64,000 bases of DNA from Phaeosaccion multiseriatum (GCA_965112735.1 OZ218956.1:620001-684000), one strand, 5' to 3'; shown: positions 29,701 to 44,331, numbered from the stretch's first letter. The notes: generated by a model from the sequence alone, not told the origin. Numbers and translations: made by a program.

Positions 29701-32700
29701 ATTGGTCACTTCATCTCGACAACTCGCCCGTCTCTGTCATCATCTATCGACCTCCCCTTCCTTTTGCCAGGTGATCGAGCTGCTCCTGTCCAAGGGGGCC
29801 GTCGTCAACAGAAGGGACGCCATGGGGCGCACCGCCCTCGTGTACGCGGCCGCAAGGGGGCAGCTCGAGGCGTGTGAGCGGTTGCTGAAGGTGGGCGTGT
29901 CGTAAGTGTATGGGCATGTGGGTATGTGAATGTCGAGGTCCTGATATCCGTACACCTGGAATGTCGACGTCCTGACATGCATATACCTTGTATGTCGAGG
30001 TTTTTGATACCCGTATATGCCATGAATGTCGAGGTCCTGACACCGTCCATGTACCTGCCTGCCTACCTGCCTGCAGGAGGGGACCGTGATGAGCCTCGGG
30101 GACCACTCGGGAGCCTCTGCGCTGCACATGGCGGCGAGATACAACCACGTAAGGGAGGGAGTTGGTGATACAGAGGGAGAGAGGGAAGGAGGGAGAGAGG
30201 GAGGGAGGGAGGGAGGGAGGGAGGGAGGGAGGGAGGGAGGGAGGGAGGGAGGGAGGGAGGGAGGGAGGAGGGAGGGAAGGAAGGAAGGAGGGAGGGAGGG
30301 AGGGAGGGAGGGAGGGAGGGAGGGAGGGAGGGAGGGAGGGAGGGAGGGAGGGAGGGAGGGAGGGAGGGAGGGAGGGAGGGAGGGAGGGAGGGAGGGAGGG
30401 AGGGAGGGAGGGAGGGAGGGAGGGAGGGAGGGAGGGAGGGAGGGAAGGAGGGAGAAAGGGAGGGAGGGAGGGAGGGAGGGAGGGAGGGAGGGAGGGAGGG
30501 AGGGAGCGAGGGAGAGGGAGAGGGGGAGGGAAGGGAGGGGCAGAAGGGAGGCGGAGTGGGGAGGGGAGGAAGGCTCTGAAGGCTGTAGAGTGCTCGTATC
30601 GATATCTACCCTGCCTGTCTGCCGCACGTCCTGCCTCACTGCCTACCCCCCCCCCCCCTCCCCCCCTTCTCAGCCCAAGTGCTGTGAGCTCATCGCCTCT
30701 CATGCAGAGAGCGCTGCCCGAGACATCCTCAGCGACAGAGTCATCGCCGCTCACAAGCCCTTTAGAGAGGTGTGGTGGATGGACGAGGAACTGCAGGGCA
30801 TGATGCAAGTTCCCTTACCATGCTTTACCTCACCTCACCGCGCCCTCTCCCTCTCTCCCACTCTCTCTTCTCTCTCTCTCTCCCATACTCTCTATCTCTC
30901 CTCCCTCCCTCTCTCCCTCCCTCACTCACTCACTCCCTCTCTCCCACACTCTCTCTCCCTCTCTCCCTCTCTCCTTCCCTCCCTCTGCAGATCATGGAAG
31001 AATCCTTCGTGGCCATCCAGGAGAAGTACCTGCAGAAAAACGAGACGTACCGGTGAGTAACAAAGGCCCCTTCAGTTTCAGATTCAGCTGGCCAGGCCAT
31101 GAGGACCTCGAGAAGAGGAACGAGAGCCACCGCACAGCTCTGCCACTTGGTCATCATTTTACGCCTCTTTCTTTTCACGGCATTGCACTTACTTGTACCT
31201 GTCTCGGCATACACGCAATGTTTCGCAGCATCAAAGTGGGGTGAATGTTTGGATGGGCGTCCGTTCCTGGCCCGTGTGGTGTGTGGTTTTAGTACCGTGT
31301 TTTAAGTCTCTGACGTCTTATATGTGCACTTGTCTTGTGCCTGACTGAACAGGTTCCGTAAGTCGTGGGTGATAGAGGCGGCCTTCCATTGCTACAAGGC
31401 CCTGCCCAAAGACAAGCGACACCTCCTCAAGGAGCCCAGCGAGGTCAGTCAGTCAGTCAATCAGTCAATCAGTCAGTCAGTCAGTCCGTCAATCAGTCAG
31501 TCAGTCAGTCAGTCAGTCAGTCAGTCAGTCAGTCAGTCAGTCAGTCAGTCAGTCAGTCAGTCAGTCAGTCAACCAGTCAGTCAGTCAGTCAGTCAGTCAG
31601 TCAGTGAGTCAGTCAGTCAGTCAGTCAGTCAGTCAATCAGTCAATCAGTCAATCAGTCAATCAGTCAATCAGTCAGTCAGTCAGTCAGTCAGTCAGTCAG
31701 TCAGTCAGTCAGTCAGTCAGTCAGTCAATCAGTCAATCAGTCAATCAGTCAGTCAGTCAGTCAGTCAGTCAGTCAGTCAGTCAGTCAGTCAATCAGTCAG
31801 TCAGTCAGTCAGTCAGTCAGTCAGTCAATCAGTCAATCAGTCAATCAGTCAATCAGTCAGTCAGTCAGTCAGTCAGTCAGTCAGTCAGTCAGTCAATCAG
31901 TCAGTCAGTCAGTCAGTCAGTCAGTCAGTCAGTCAATCAGTCAGTCAGTCAGTCAGTCAGTCAGTCAGTCAGTCAGTGAGTCAGTCAGTCAGTCAGTCAG
32001 TCAGTCAATCAGTCAATCAGTCAATCAGTCAATCAGTCAATCAGTCAGTCAGTCAGTCAGTCAGTGAGTCAGTCAGTCAGTCAGTCAATCAGTCAATCAG
32101 TCAATCAGTCAATCAGTCAGTCAGTCAGTCAGTGAGTCAGTCAATCAGTCAGTCAGTCAATCAGTCAATCAGTCAGTCAGTCAGTCAGTCAGTCAGTCAG
32201 TCAGTCAATCAGTCAGTCAGTGAGTCAGTCAGTCAGTCAGTCAATCAGTCAGTCAGTCAGTCAGTCAGTCAGTCAGTCAGTCAGTCAGTCAGTCAGTCAG
32301 TCAATCAGTCAATCAGTCAATCAGTCAGTCAGTCAGTCAGTCAGTCAGTCAGTCAGTCAATCAGTCAGTCAGTCAGTCAGTCAGTCAGTCAGTCAGTCAA
32401 TCAGTCAATCAGTCAATCAGTCAATCAGTCAGTCAGTCAGTCAGTCAGTCAGTCAGTCAGTCAGTCAGTCAGTCAGTCAGTCAATCAGTGAGTCAGTCAA
32501 TCAGTCAGTCAGTCAATCAGTCAATCAGTCAGTCAGTCAGTCAGTGAGTCAGTCAATCAGTCAGTCAGTCAATCAGTCAATCAGTCAGTCAGTCAATCAG
32601 TCAGTCAGTCAGTCAGTCAGTCAGTCAATCAGTCAGTCAGTGAGTCAGTCAGTCAGTCAGTCAATCAGTCAGTCAGTCAGTCAGTCAGTCAGTCAGTCAG

Positions 32701-35700
32701 TCAGTCAGTCAGTCAGTCAATCAGTCAATCAGTCAATCAGTCAGTCAGTCAGTCAGTCAGTCAGTCAGTCAGTCAGTCAGTCAATCAGTCAGTCAGTCAG
32801 TCAGTCAGTCAGTCAATCAGTCAATCAGTCAGTCAGTCAGTCAGTCAGTCAGTCAATCAGTCAATCAGTCAATCAGTCAATCAGTCAGTCAGTCAGTCAG
32901 TCAGTCAGTCAGTCAGTCAGTCAGTCAGTCAATCAGTGAGTCAGTCAATCAGTCAGTCAGTCAATCAGTCAATCAGTCAGTCAGTCAGTCAATCAGTCAA
33001 TCAGTCAATCAGTCAGTCAGTCAGTCAGTCAGTCAGTCAGTCAGTCAGTCAATCAGTCAGTCAGTCAGTCAGTCAGTCAGTCAGTCAGTCAATCAGTCAG
33101 TCAGTCAGTCAGTCAGTCAGTCAGTCAGTGAGTCAGTCAGTCAGTCAGTCAGTCAGTCAATCAGTCAATCAGTCAATCAGTCAATCAGTCAATCAGTCAG
33201 TCAGTCAGTCAGTCAGTGAGTCAGTCAGTCAGTCAGTCAATCAGTCAATCAGTCAATCAGTCAATCAGTCAGTCAGTCAGTCAGTGAGTCAGTCAATCAG
33301 TCAGTCAGTCAATCAGTCAATCAGTCAGTCAGTCAGTCAGTCAGTCAGTCAGTCAGTCAATCAGTCAGTCAGTGAGTCAGTCAGTCAGTCAGTCAATCAG
33401 TCAGTCAGTCAGTCAGTCAGTCAGTCAGTCAGTCAGTCAGTCAGTCAGTCAATCAGTCAATCAGTCAATCAGTCAGTCAGTCAGTCAGTCAGTCAGTCAG
33501 TCAGTCAATCAGTCAGTCAGTCAGTCAGTCAGTCAGTCAGTCAGTCAATCAGTCAATCAGTCAATCAGTCAATCAGTCAGTCAGTCAGTCAGTCAGTCAG
33601 TCAGTCAGTCAGTCAGTCAGTCAGTCAGTCAGTCAATCAGTGAGTCAGTCAATCAGTCAGTCAGTCAATCAGTCAATCAGTCAGTCAGTCAGTCAGTGAG
33701 TCAGTCAATCAGTCAGTCAGTCAATCAGTCAATCAGTCAGTCAGTCAATCAGTCAGTCAGTCAGTCAGTCAGTCAGTCAATCAGTCAGTCAGTGAGTCAG
33801 TCAGTCAGTCAGTCAATCAGTCAGTCAGTCAGTCAGTCAGTCAGTCAGTCAGTCAGTCAGTCAGTCAGTCAATCAGTCAATCAGTCAATCAGTCAGTCAG
33901 TCAGTCAGTCAGTCAGTCAGTCAGTCAGTCAATCAGTCAGTCAGTCAGTCAGTCATTCAGTCAGTCAGTCAGTCAATCAGTCAGTCAGTCAGTCAGTCAG
34001 TCAGTCAATCAGTCAATCAGTCAATCAGTCAATCAGTCAGTCAGTCAGTCAGTCAGTCAGTCAGTCAGTCAGTCAGTCAGTCAGTCAGTCAATCAGTGAG
34101 TCAGTCAATCAGTCAGTCAGTCAATCAGTCAATCAGTCAGTCAGTCAGTCAGTGAGTCAGTCAATCAGTCAGTCAGTCAATCAGTCAATCAGTCAGTCAG
34201 TCAATCAGTCAGTCAGTCAGTCAGTCAGTCAGTCAATCAGTCAGTCAGTGAGTCAGTCAGTCAGTCAATCAGTCAGTCAGTCAGTCAGTCAGTCAGTCAG
34301 TCAGTCAGTCAGTCAGTCAATCAGTCAATCAGTCAATCAGTCAGTCAGTCAGTCAGTCAGTCAGTCAGTCAGTCAGTCAGTCAGTCAGTCAGTCAGTCAG
34401 TCAGTCAGTCAGTCAGTCAGTCAATCAGTCAATCAGTCAATCAGTCAATCAATCAGTCAGTCAGTCAGTCAGTCAGTCAATCAGTCAGTCAGTCAGTCAG
34501 TCAGTCAGTCAGTCAGTCAGTCAGTCAGTCAATCAGTCAATCAGTCAATCAGTCAGTCAGTCAGTCAGTCAGTCAGTCAGTCAATCAGTCAGTCAGTCAG
34601 TCAGTCAGTCAGTCAGTCAATCAGTCAGTCAGTCAGTCAGTCAGTCAGTCAGTCAGTGAGTCAGTCAGTCAGTGAGTCAGTCAGTCAATCAGTCAATCAG
34701 TCAATCAGTCAATCAGTCAATCAGTCAGTCAGTCAGTCAGTCAGTGAGTCAGTCAGTCAGTCAGTCAATCAGTCAATCAGTCAATCAGTCAATCAGTCAG
34801 TCAGTCAGTCAGTCAGTCAGTCAGTCAGTCAGTCAGTCAGTCAGTCAATCAGTCAGTCAGTCAGTCAGTCAATCAGTCAGTCAGTCAGTCAGTCAGTCAG
34901 TGAGTCAGTCAGTCAGTCAGTCAGTCAATCAGTCAATCAGTCAATCAGTCAATCAGTCAACCAGTCAGTCAGTCAATCAGTCAATCAGTCAATCAGTCAA
35001 TCAGTCAGTCAGTCAGTCAGTCAGTCAGTCAGTCAGTCAGTCAGTCAGTCAGGCATTCAGTCAGTCAGTCAGTCAGTCAGTCAGTCAGTCAGTCAGTCCA
35101 ATCATGCGTGTCGGAGAGAAAGAGACCCACGCACCCACACAATCACACACAAGTGGATACCGAAGGGAGAAGACGCACGCACCCACACACGCGACATACA
35201 CCTCCTTCTCACGCTGCCCTCCTCACCCCCTTGGCCTCCCTCCGCCCTCCCCCTCTCCCTGTGACCCCCTCATGTATCACCAACTATGACAGGACCTCAT
35301 CGCTTACGTGCTTGAAAAGTTCGACCCCGACCCCTTCAGCGGCTTCTGGTCCTTGCACAGGTACTTTTTGGTCACGGGGTGCATCAGAGTTTCACTTTCA
35401 TGTTCACTTCCTTTCACTTTCCCTTTCACTTTCACTTTCACTTGGTCGGCCCTTTGAACTGCATCTCCTGAACCATCCCCTCCTTCTTCTCTCCCTCCCT
35501 CTCCCGTCCCTCCCCTTCCCTCTCTTCCCTCCCTTCCCTCCCTTTCCTCCCGCCCCCACCCTTCCCATATGCTGCCATCCTCTTAGCGGCGACTACCCCG
35601 TGTTCATCGAGACAGTGAGCCAGGCGGACCACCTCGTGGAGATCCTCAGGCACACCTTCAGGTATATGGGGATGGACGAATGGATGGTACTGGAAGGATA

Positions 35701-38700
35701 CCAGTTGGAGGGGGGCGGATGGACGGCAGGAGAGGGATGGCAGTGGGTGGCTGTAGAAAGATGGATGGCAGTAGAGGGATAGCAATAGACGGGGAGGGTG
35801 GGACAGGGATGGCAGTAGAGGAGTCCTTACATCCCCCACCACCCACCGCTCCCTCAGACTCGATATTGTGGACTCCCTCTCTCTCTCCCTCACCCTCTCC
35901 GTCTCTCCCTCTCTCCCCCCCCTTCCTCCCTCTCTCTCTCCGGAACCCATCTACTGCCATCGCCTCCTTCAGACTGGGCATTGTGGACGCCCGCACCAAG
36001 CTCGGCAGGACCGCTCTGCACGAAGCATGCTTCGAGAACCACGTGTCGTCCCACCAAGAGACCATCCGCGTGCTGTGTGACTGGCACCAGATGAACTTAC
36101 TCATCAGGGATAAGTCTGGCCACCAAGCCGTAGATCTGCTCTATGCGACCAGAGCCAGGCCAGGCACCCCCAGAGGTGAGGCAGGGAGACAGGGAGGCAG
36201 TGAGGCAGTGAGGCAGTGAGACAGGGAGGCAGTGAGGCAGTGAGGAAGTGAGGAAGTAAGGCAGTGAGGCAGTGAGGCAGTGAGGCAGTGAGGCAGTAAG
36301 GCAGTGAGACAGTGAGGCAGTGAGGAAGTGAGGCAGTGATGCAGTGATGCAGTGATGCAGTGAGGCAGTGAGGAAGTGAGGCAGTGAGGCAGTGAGGTAG
36401 TGAGGTAGTGAGACAGTGAGGCAGTGAGGCAGTGAGGCAGTGAGGCAGTGAGGCAGTGAGGTAGTGAGACAGTGAGGCAGTGAGGCAGTGAGGCAGTGAG
36501 GCAGTGAGGCAGTGAGGCAGTGAGACAGTGAGGCAGTGAGGCAATGAGGCAGTGAGGCAGTGAGACAGTGAGACAGTGAGGCAGTGAGGCAGTGAGGCAA
36601 TGAGGTAGTGAGACAGTGAGGCAGTGAGACAGGGAGGCAGTGAGGCAGTGAGGCAGTGAGGCAGTGAGGCAGTGAGGCAGTGAGGCTGTGAGGCAGTGAG
36701 GCAGTGAGGCAGTGAGGCAGTGAGGCAGTGAGGCAGTGAGGCAGTGAGACAGTGAGGCATTGAGGCAGTGAGGCAGTGAGGCAGTGAGGCAGTGAGGCAG
36801 TGAGGCAGTGAGGCAGTGAGGCAGTGAGGCAGTGAGGCAGTGAGACAGTGAGGCAGTGAGGCAATGAGGCAGTGAGGCAGTGAGACAGTGAGACAGTGAG
36901 GCAGTGAGGCAGTGAGGCAATGAGGTAGTGAGACAGTGAGGCAGTGAGGCAGTGAGGCAGTGAGGCAGTGAGGCAGTGAGACAGTGAGGCAGTGAGACAG
37001 TGAGGCAGTGAGGCAGTGAGGCAGTGAGGAAGTGAGGCTGTGAGGCAGTGAGGCAGTGAGGCTGTGAGGCAGTGAGGCAGTGAGGCAGTGAGGCAGTGAG
37101 GCAGTGAGGCAGTGAGGCAGTGAGGCAGTGAGGCAGTGAGACAGTGAGGCAGTGAGGCAATGAGGCAGTGAGGCAGTGAGACAGTGAGACAGTGAGGCAG
37201 TGAGGCAGTGAGGCAATGAGGTAGTGAGACAGTGAGGCAGTGAGGCAGTGAGGCAGTGAGGCAGTGAGGCAGTGAGACAGTGAGGCAGTGAGACAGTGAG
37301 GCAGTGAGGCAGTGAGGCAGTGAGGCAGTGAGGCTGTGAGGCAGTGAGGCAGTGAGGCAGTGAGGCAGTGAGGCAGTGAGGCAGTGAGGCAGTGAGACAG
37401 TGAGGCATTGAGGCAGTGAGGCAGTGAGGCAGTGAGGCAGTGAGGCAGTGAGGCAGTGAGGCAGTGAGGCAGTGAGGCTGTGAGGCAGTGAGGCAGTGAG
37501 GCAGTGAGGCAGTGAGGCAGTGAGGCAGTGAGGCAGTGAGGCAGTGAGGCAGTGAGGCAGTGAGGCAGTGAGGCAGTGAGACAGTGAGGCAGTGAGGCAA
37601 TGAGGCAGTGAGGCAGTGAGACAGTGAGACAGTGAGGCAGTGAGGCAGTGAGGCAATGAGGTAGTGAGACAGTGAGGCAGTGAGGCAGTGAGACAGTGAG
37701 GCATTGAGGCAGTGAGGCAGTGAGGCAGTGAGGCAGTGAGGCAGTGAGGCAGTGAGGCAGTGAGGCAGTGAGGCAGTGAGGCAGTGAGACAGTGAGGCAG
37801 TGAGGCAATGAGGCAGTGAGGCAGTGAGACAGTGAGACAGTGAGGCAGTGAGGCAGTGAGGCAATGAGGTAGTGAGACAGTGAGGCAGTGAGGCAGTGAG
37901 GCAGTGAGGCAGTGAGGCAGTGAGACAGTGAGGCAGTGAGACAGTGAGGCAGTGAGGCAGTGAGGCAGTGAGGCAGTGAGGCTGTGAGGCAGTGAGGCAG
38001 TGAGGCAGTGAGGCAGTGAGGCAGTGAGGCAGTGAGGCAGTGAGGCAGTGAGGCAGTGAGGCAGTGAGGCAGTGAGGCAGTGAGACAGTGAGGCAGTGAG
38101 GCAATGAGGCAGTGAGGCAGTGAGACAGTGAGACAGTGAGGCAGTGAGGCAGTGAGGCAATGAGGTAGTGAGACAGTGAGGCAGTGAGGCAGTGAGGCAG
38201 TGAGGCAGTGAGGCAGTGAGACAGTGAGGCAGTGAGACAGTGAGGCAGTGAGGCAGTGAGGCAGTGAGGCAGTGAGGCTGTGAGGCAGTGAGGCAGTGAG
38301 GCAGTGAGGCAGTGAGGCAGTGAGGCAGTGAGGCAGTGAGACAGTGAGGCATTGAGGCAGTGAGGCAGTGAGGCAGTGAGGCAGTGAGGCAGTGAGGCAG
38401 TGAGGCAGTGAGGCAGTGAGGCAGTGAGGGGGTGGGGTATAGTGTGTGAGGTGTGGGCTGTGAGGGGATGGGCTGTGAGGGGATGGGCTGTGAGGTATGA
38501 GGTGTGAGGTATGAGGTGTGAGGGGTGAGATGTGAGGGGTGAGGAGTGAGGTGTGAGGATGTCTGTGCATGCAAGAGAGTGTGTCGCGCGGTGTTGTGAC
38601 AGTGAGTGGTACAAAGAGCAGAGCAGAGGAGAGCCATTGGTGATACAGAGCAGAGAAGATCAATCACCACCACACCGCACTCACCAGAAGATCAATCACC

Positions 38701-41700
38701 ACCTCACCCTGACCCTGTCCCTCTGCTGCCCTCCGTGCTCTGCCATCCATCTGCTGCCATCCATCTGCTGCCAACGCCCCCCCCGGGTACCCCGCCGGGC
38801 AGGCACGGCGGAGCGCGAGTCTCTGTTGATGGAGCGGCGTTTGGAGTATATGAGCGAGGTACAAGCGGAGCAGGACCGAGAGGAGAGGGCGGACCTCGAG
38901 AACAGGTATGTATGTATGCATAGGTGCAAAGGAGGGGGGACGGGTGGCAGTCGGCCGGGGTAGGGAGGAGGGAGCGTCTCGTGCCACGACTGGCTACAGT
39001 GACATCTGTGACTGACTGACTTACTGACTGACTGCTGTGACTACTGAGTGACATCTGTGACGGAGCGACTGAGTTGACTAAGTGACTGAGCGTATGAGCG
39101 ACTGAGCAACTGAGTGAGTGGGTGACTGACTGACTGAGTGACCAAGTGACGGACTGACTGAGTAATTGAGGGACTGATTGACTGACTGACTGACTGACTG
39201 ACTGACTGACTGACTGACTGACTGACTGACTGACTGACTGACTGACGGACTGACTGAGTGAATAGGTGACTGACGACTGACTGCATGACTGACTGACGAA
39301 GTGACCTGCTTGTGTCCTGGCCTGCATCCTTTGCCGTTGCACCGCCTCTCCGTCTGCTGCCATCTTAAATTCCCATCTTGACTCTTGACAGGGAGGTGCA
39401 GACGCTTTGCTCTCTCAACGAGGCCGTGGCGGGGCAGTCCAAGGAGCTGTGGATGGCAGCCAAAGACGCGGGCGAGGCCCGCAGAAAGATCTGGTGAGAG
39501 AAGGGGGGCGGGCAGTCGGAGAGGGTTGGAGAGGGGGTGGGAGAGAGGGTGGGGTCTGCTCCGGCGATCCGCTTGAGCAGACGAAAGAAGGCTCTGCTCT
39601 GTGCCTGGCAGTAAGGCAGTGAACGAGTGCCCTGTGCCATGCCTAACAGTGAGTGGTGCGGCTCCTCTGCCTCTCCGCCCCTCCGCCCCCCCGCCCTGTC
39701 CCCCTAGCCCCTGACAAGAACACGCCCCCCCCTCCGCTGCCATCCCCCCCCCCCCATCCACTGCCATCCCCCCTCCCTCCACTGCCACCATAGGGAGTGG
39801 ACAGAATACCTTGACCTTGACACAGGCAACACTTTGTACCACAAGCGGGTGGAGCTGCAAGTCACGCAGGAGGTGGAGGTGCCTCTCATTGACACCTTGA
39901 AGGCCAAGGGGAAAGCCAAGGGGAAGGAGGGCGCTGGCCTGGCCCTCACGGCCGGGGGAGGTGCGTTGTGTGTCAGTTGTGTTTTCTTGGATGGATGGCA
40001 CTGGATGGGTGTTGGATGGATGGCACTGGATGGGTGTTGGATGGTCATGGACAATCATGCTTGGTCATGGATGGATGGTCCTGGATGGTCCTGGATGGAT
40101 GGTCCTGGATGGATGGTCCTGGATGGATGGTCCTGGAAGGCCGCGTTGCTTGGGCCTTTGCTTCTTGAGGGCTGCCGCTCAGCCCCGTCCGTTACAATGG
40201 CGTTCCCCCTCCCATCTCAACGCGCTCCCGCCCCTCATGTTGGCACGTTGGTGATACACGGCAGGGAGAGATGCGGAGGCGGGAGCGATAGTGCCGAGCA
40301 AGGGAGGCAAAGGAGGGCAACAGGGGGGCCAAGAGGAGGCCAATGCTAACAATGCCAATGCGGAGGTGACGCTGGAGATTGTGGACTACTTCGAGTGGAC
40401 CAAGCCGAAGGACTTCCAAAAGGGAGAGGCAGAGCTGCTTGGTTAGTGGGGGGAATGGCAGTGGATGGAAGAGGAGGGGGGGTGGCAGTGGATAGGGTGG
40501 GAGGGATGAAAATGGAGCGAGCGACGCTTGCTCGTTAATTCCCATCTCCAGTCATGCGCACCAAACCAAGCGAGGGAGGGAGGGAGAGAGAGAGGCAACG
40601 GGCGGTGGCCAGCCCCCATCGCATCCAGCGAGTCGAGCCTGACGCCCCTCATCCACAGCCATCCCCCTACCCCATCCATCCACTGCCATCCCCTGCCATG
40701 TACTGCCATTCACTACCATCCCCGACTCACAGGCTGGTACTCGGTGGTGAATCACAGCGACTATATACGGTCTGTGGACAGCTTCCGCGTGCTGCGAGAC
40801 CGGGTGTCAGGACTTGAGTTCTTCCTCGACACCAGGCAGGAGCAGTGCTCACTCCAGAGGCCCAAGGCCCTCACTTGGAAGGTCCTGGAGGCGGGAGGCC
40901 GGGACACGAAGGAGAGGCTGGGGCAGGCGCTCGATTGGGAGGTGTGGGAAGAGAACTCGCACGGCAACACCTTCTATATCAAGCGGGAGGTGCGGCGTGT
41001 CAAGCAGGGGGGTGGTGGGGGTGCGAGGGGTAGAGGCATATGGGTGGAGGAGGAATGTGTGATGCATCGCTGGGATCGCCCTGTGGACGCGGACGACTTT
41101 GTTGATCTCAGCACGGGGCAGTACCAAGGTAAGGGGGGCGGGGATGACAGTGGATGGCAGTGGATTGCTGCTCGCCAGTCACAACTCCCCACTCACTCAC
41201 TCACTCACCCAGTCAGTCAGTCAGTCAGTCAGTGAGTCAGTTAGTCAGTTGCTTAGTCAGTACGTCAGTCAGTCGGTGAGTCAATCAGTAATTCATTCAG
41301 TCAATCAGTCAGTCAGTTAGTCAGTTATTCGGTCAGTCAGCCACAGTGCACTCCACAGCTAGTGCTAGCCGCCTGCCCTACCCCAAGTGCCAAGTCGCCT
41401 CTCCTCGTATACATTTCCTGGCCTGACGTCTTCTTGCTCTCCTTTCCTCCCTCCTGGCCTGACGTCTTCTTGCTCTCCTTGCCTATCTCCCCCTGCCGTC
41501 CTTTGCCTGACCTTGCCGCGCTGCGTGTCCCACCCCCGCCCTGTCCACATCTCCGTCCCTCCCTCCCTGTCTGATGATGTGTGTGCCGTGTGCATCGTGT
41601 GTGTGTGCGTGTCCATGTGCGTGTGCGTGTGCGTGCGCACTGCCGTCCACTGCCATCCCCCCGCTCTCAGGCTGCACGAGCGCTGTGCTTGGGGACAATG

Positions 41701-43677
41701 CCGGAGAGCAGCCCTGGTACATGTGTGAGACGTGCGATTCGGACTTTCAGGTACACAGTGTAGCAGGCTCAGTGTAGCAGGCTCAGAGGGATAGGATGCC
41801 TGGTGTTACAAGAGCAGGATAACAGGTGTCAGGAGAGCAGAGTGATATGTGTGTCAGGCTGACAGGGCAGCAGGGTAGCAGGGTAGCAGGGAGCAGGGAG
41901 CAGGGTAGGAGGTGTCAGGGTAGCAAGTACACAGCACAGCAGAGTAACAGGTGTCAGGGCAGCAGTGATAGGGTATCAGGTGTCAGGCGCCACGTGTCAG
42001 GCACCGGGATCCAATTCTTCCGTGTCGGCTGCTTCTTCTCCGCTGCGCCCCCCCATCCGTCTCCCCCTTCTCCCTGACCCCTCTTTCCTCCCCCCTCCCC
42101 TCCCTTCCCCCCCTCCTCCTGCCAGGCCATGCGGGGCCGCTCGGAGATGCTCCGGCTGTGTGCTGCGTGTGCGCGTAACTGTCACAAGCTGAGGGGACAC
42201 AAGACCAGATACGCCAAGATGGCACGCACAAAGTGCATGTGCTGCCAGACTGGGCCAGGGGGGTAAGTCAATGAGAGGCCGGGGGAGTAAGTCAATAATG
42301 AGTCAGTGATGGGGCGGGGGGGGTACGTCAATGATGGAAGATAACCCCTTCCTGTTCATACACACATCTCGCCTCCTCTCCTCTTCTCTTCTCTTCTCTT
42401 CTCTTCTCGCTCCTCCCCCTCCTCTCATCCCTCCTTCCCTCTCCCCCTCCCCTCCCCCTGTATCACCAACAGGTGCATGTACTTCGACAGCCCGGAGGAC
42501 ATCACTCTATCCACAGCCATGCGCCAATCCGCCCTCCTCAGCGAAGAGAGAGCCCTCTCTCATCTCGAGGCGCTGCTCCACCCGGACGGCTTCCCTGCAA
42601 TGTTGGCGTACTGTCCCCCCAGGACTGCCGATGGGGGGCCCAAGGGAGTGTGCGGCTGGCAGATTTGCAGGTGCGCGTGTGTGTGTGTATGTGTGCGTGT
42701 GTGTGCGTGTGTGTCTGTGTGTCGGCGGGTTGGTGGATGGATTCGTGGGTACGTGTGTGTGTATGTATGTGCGTGTGCGTGGGTGCCACCGAGGCCTGCT
42801 ACCTCGGCCCTTGCGAGGAGGAGGAGGAGGAGGAGGAGGAGGAGGAGGAGGATGGCAGTGGATGGAGGACATCTGTCCCTGTGCCTCCGCCCCCCATGCC
42901 CATCGTTTGGCCTCAAGGTCCCTCCGCCCCTCTACCCCGCTGCTTTGCCCTTCTCTCTCTCGGCCTCTCTCTCCCCCGCTACTTCTACCTTTCCCCTCCT
43001 CTACCTCCCTCTCCCTCCCTTCCACCACCTCCCTCTTTCTGACCCAGACGCAAGAAAGGCGTGCAGAAGCTCGACGGATGGGTGGTATGCCTCGATCCGG
43101 AGCCCCCTCGCCTTCTCCCGGTGGGCGCTCTTGTGTGCCCCCGGGGACCGCACCTACGCCTCCTCTGGCAAGGCAAGCCTGTGTTCTGGGCGGAGGGCGT
43201 GGTGATGGAATGCTTGAGTGAGGAGCGCTACCTTGTCAGCATCGTCATCGCACATGCCAACGACGGGGAGGGGGGTGGGAGCATGCAGAGTCTGAGTCAA
43301 ATGACCTCTACTACTGCGGGTGGCAGTGGGAGTGGCAGGGGCTTGGGGGGTGACAAGAGCCTCGTCCACAGTCACAGTCACAGTCACAGTCAGAGTCAGA
43401 GTCACAGTCACAGTCACAGTCACAGCCCAAGCCAGAGCCTCAGCCTGGCCCACAGCTCAATGGAGCGGTCCGTGACGGAGGGGCAGGAGGTGGTGCTGGA
43501 GATAGACAAGACTCAGATGGTACTGCTTGACGCGGAGCCCTTCTTCTTCCACGCAGACAAACGCATCAGTCAGTGGGCGCCGCCGCACGTGAGTAAGAGA
43601 GTGCGTTTGCCTCCTCCCCTTCCCTTCTCTCGGCCCTCACGAACCCATTCGGCTCTCCCTCCCTCTCTGTCTGCCTG

Positions 43678-43770
<93 letters not shown>

Positions 43771-43793
43771 CCGTCTGTCTGTCTATCTGTCTA

Positions 43794-43826
<33 letters not shown>

Positions 43827-43851
43827 GTCTGTCTGTCTGTCTGTCTGCCTA

Positions 43852-43898
<47 letters not shown>

Positions 43899-44262
43899 GC
43901 CTGCCTCTCTGTCTCTCTGCCTGCCTGTCTGCCTGCCTCACGTGCCTGCCTTTGCCTACCCATACACCTCCCTATTGTGTAGGAGGTGATTTGCAGGGCC
44001 CCCAAGTGGCTGGAGGGAGGCTCCATGCACAACTATGATGTGGATGATGAGAGCGACAGGTGGGTGGAGGGGTAGGGGGGGGGGGTAGGGGGAGGTAGAG
44101 GGAGGCACAAGGAGGGGGGGCTGGAATTGGACTGTGACCACACGTGCGTGGTGTGTGGTGTGAGGTGTGTGGCAGGTAGGCAGGCAGCCAGGCAGGCCGG
44201 CAGACAGGCAGACAGACAGGCAGGCAGACAGGCAGACAGACAGGCAGGCAGACAGGCAGGCA

Positions 44263-44295
<33 letters not shown>

Positions 44296-44331
44296 ACAGG
44301 CAGACAGGCAGGCAGGCAGACAGGCAGAGCA

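Noticed and set aside
31369-35289. Long SQSV-repeat ORFs
   Set aside because: (CAGT)n microsatellite read-through; only the first ~30 codons (exon 31353-31443) are real.
36097-38673. Three minus-strand ORFs of over 830 aa (SLPHCLTA repeats)
   Set aside because: Translation of an 8-bp satellite lacking stops on that strand; it lies within an intron of the plus-strand gene.
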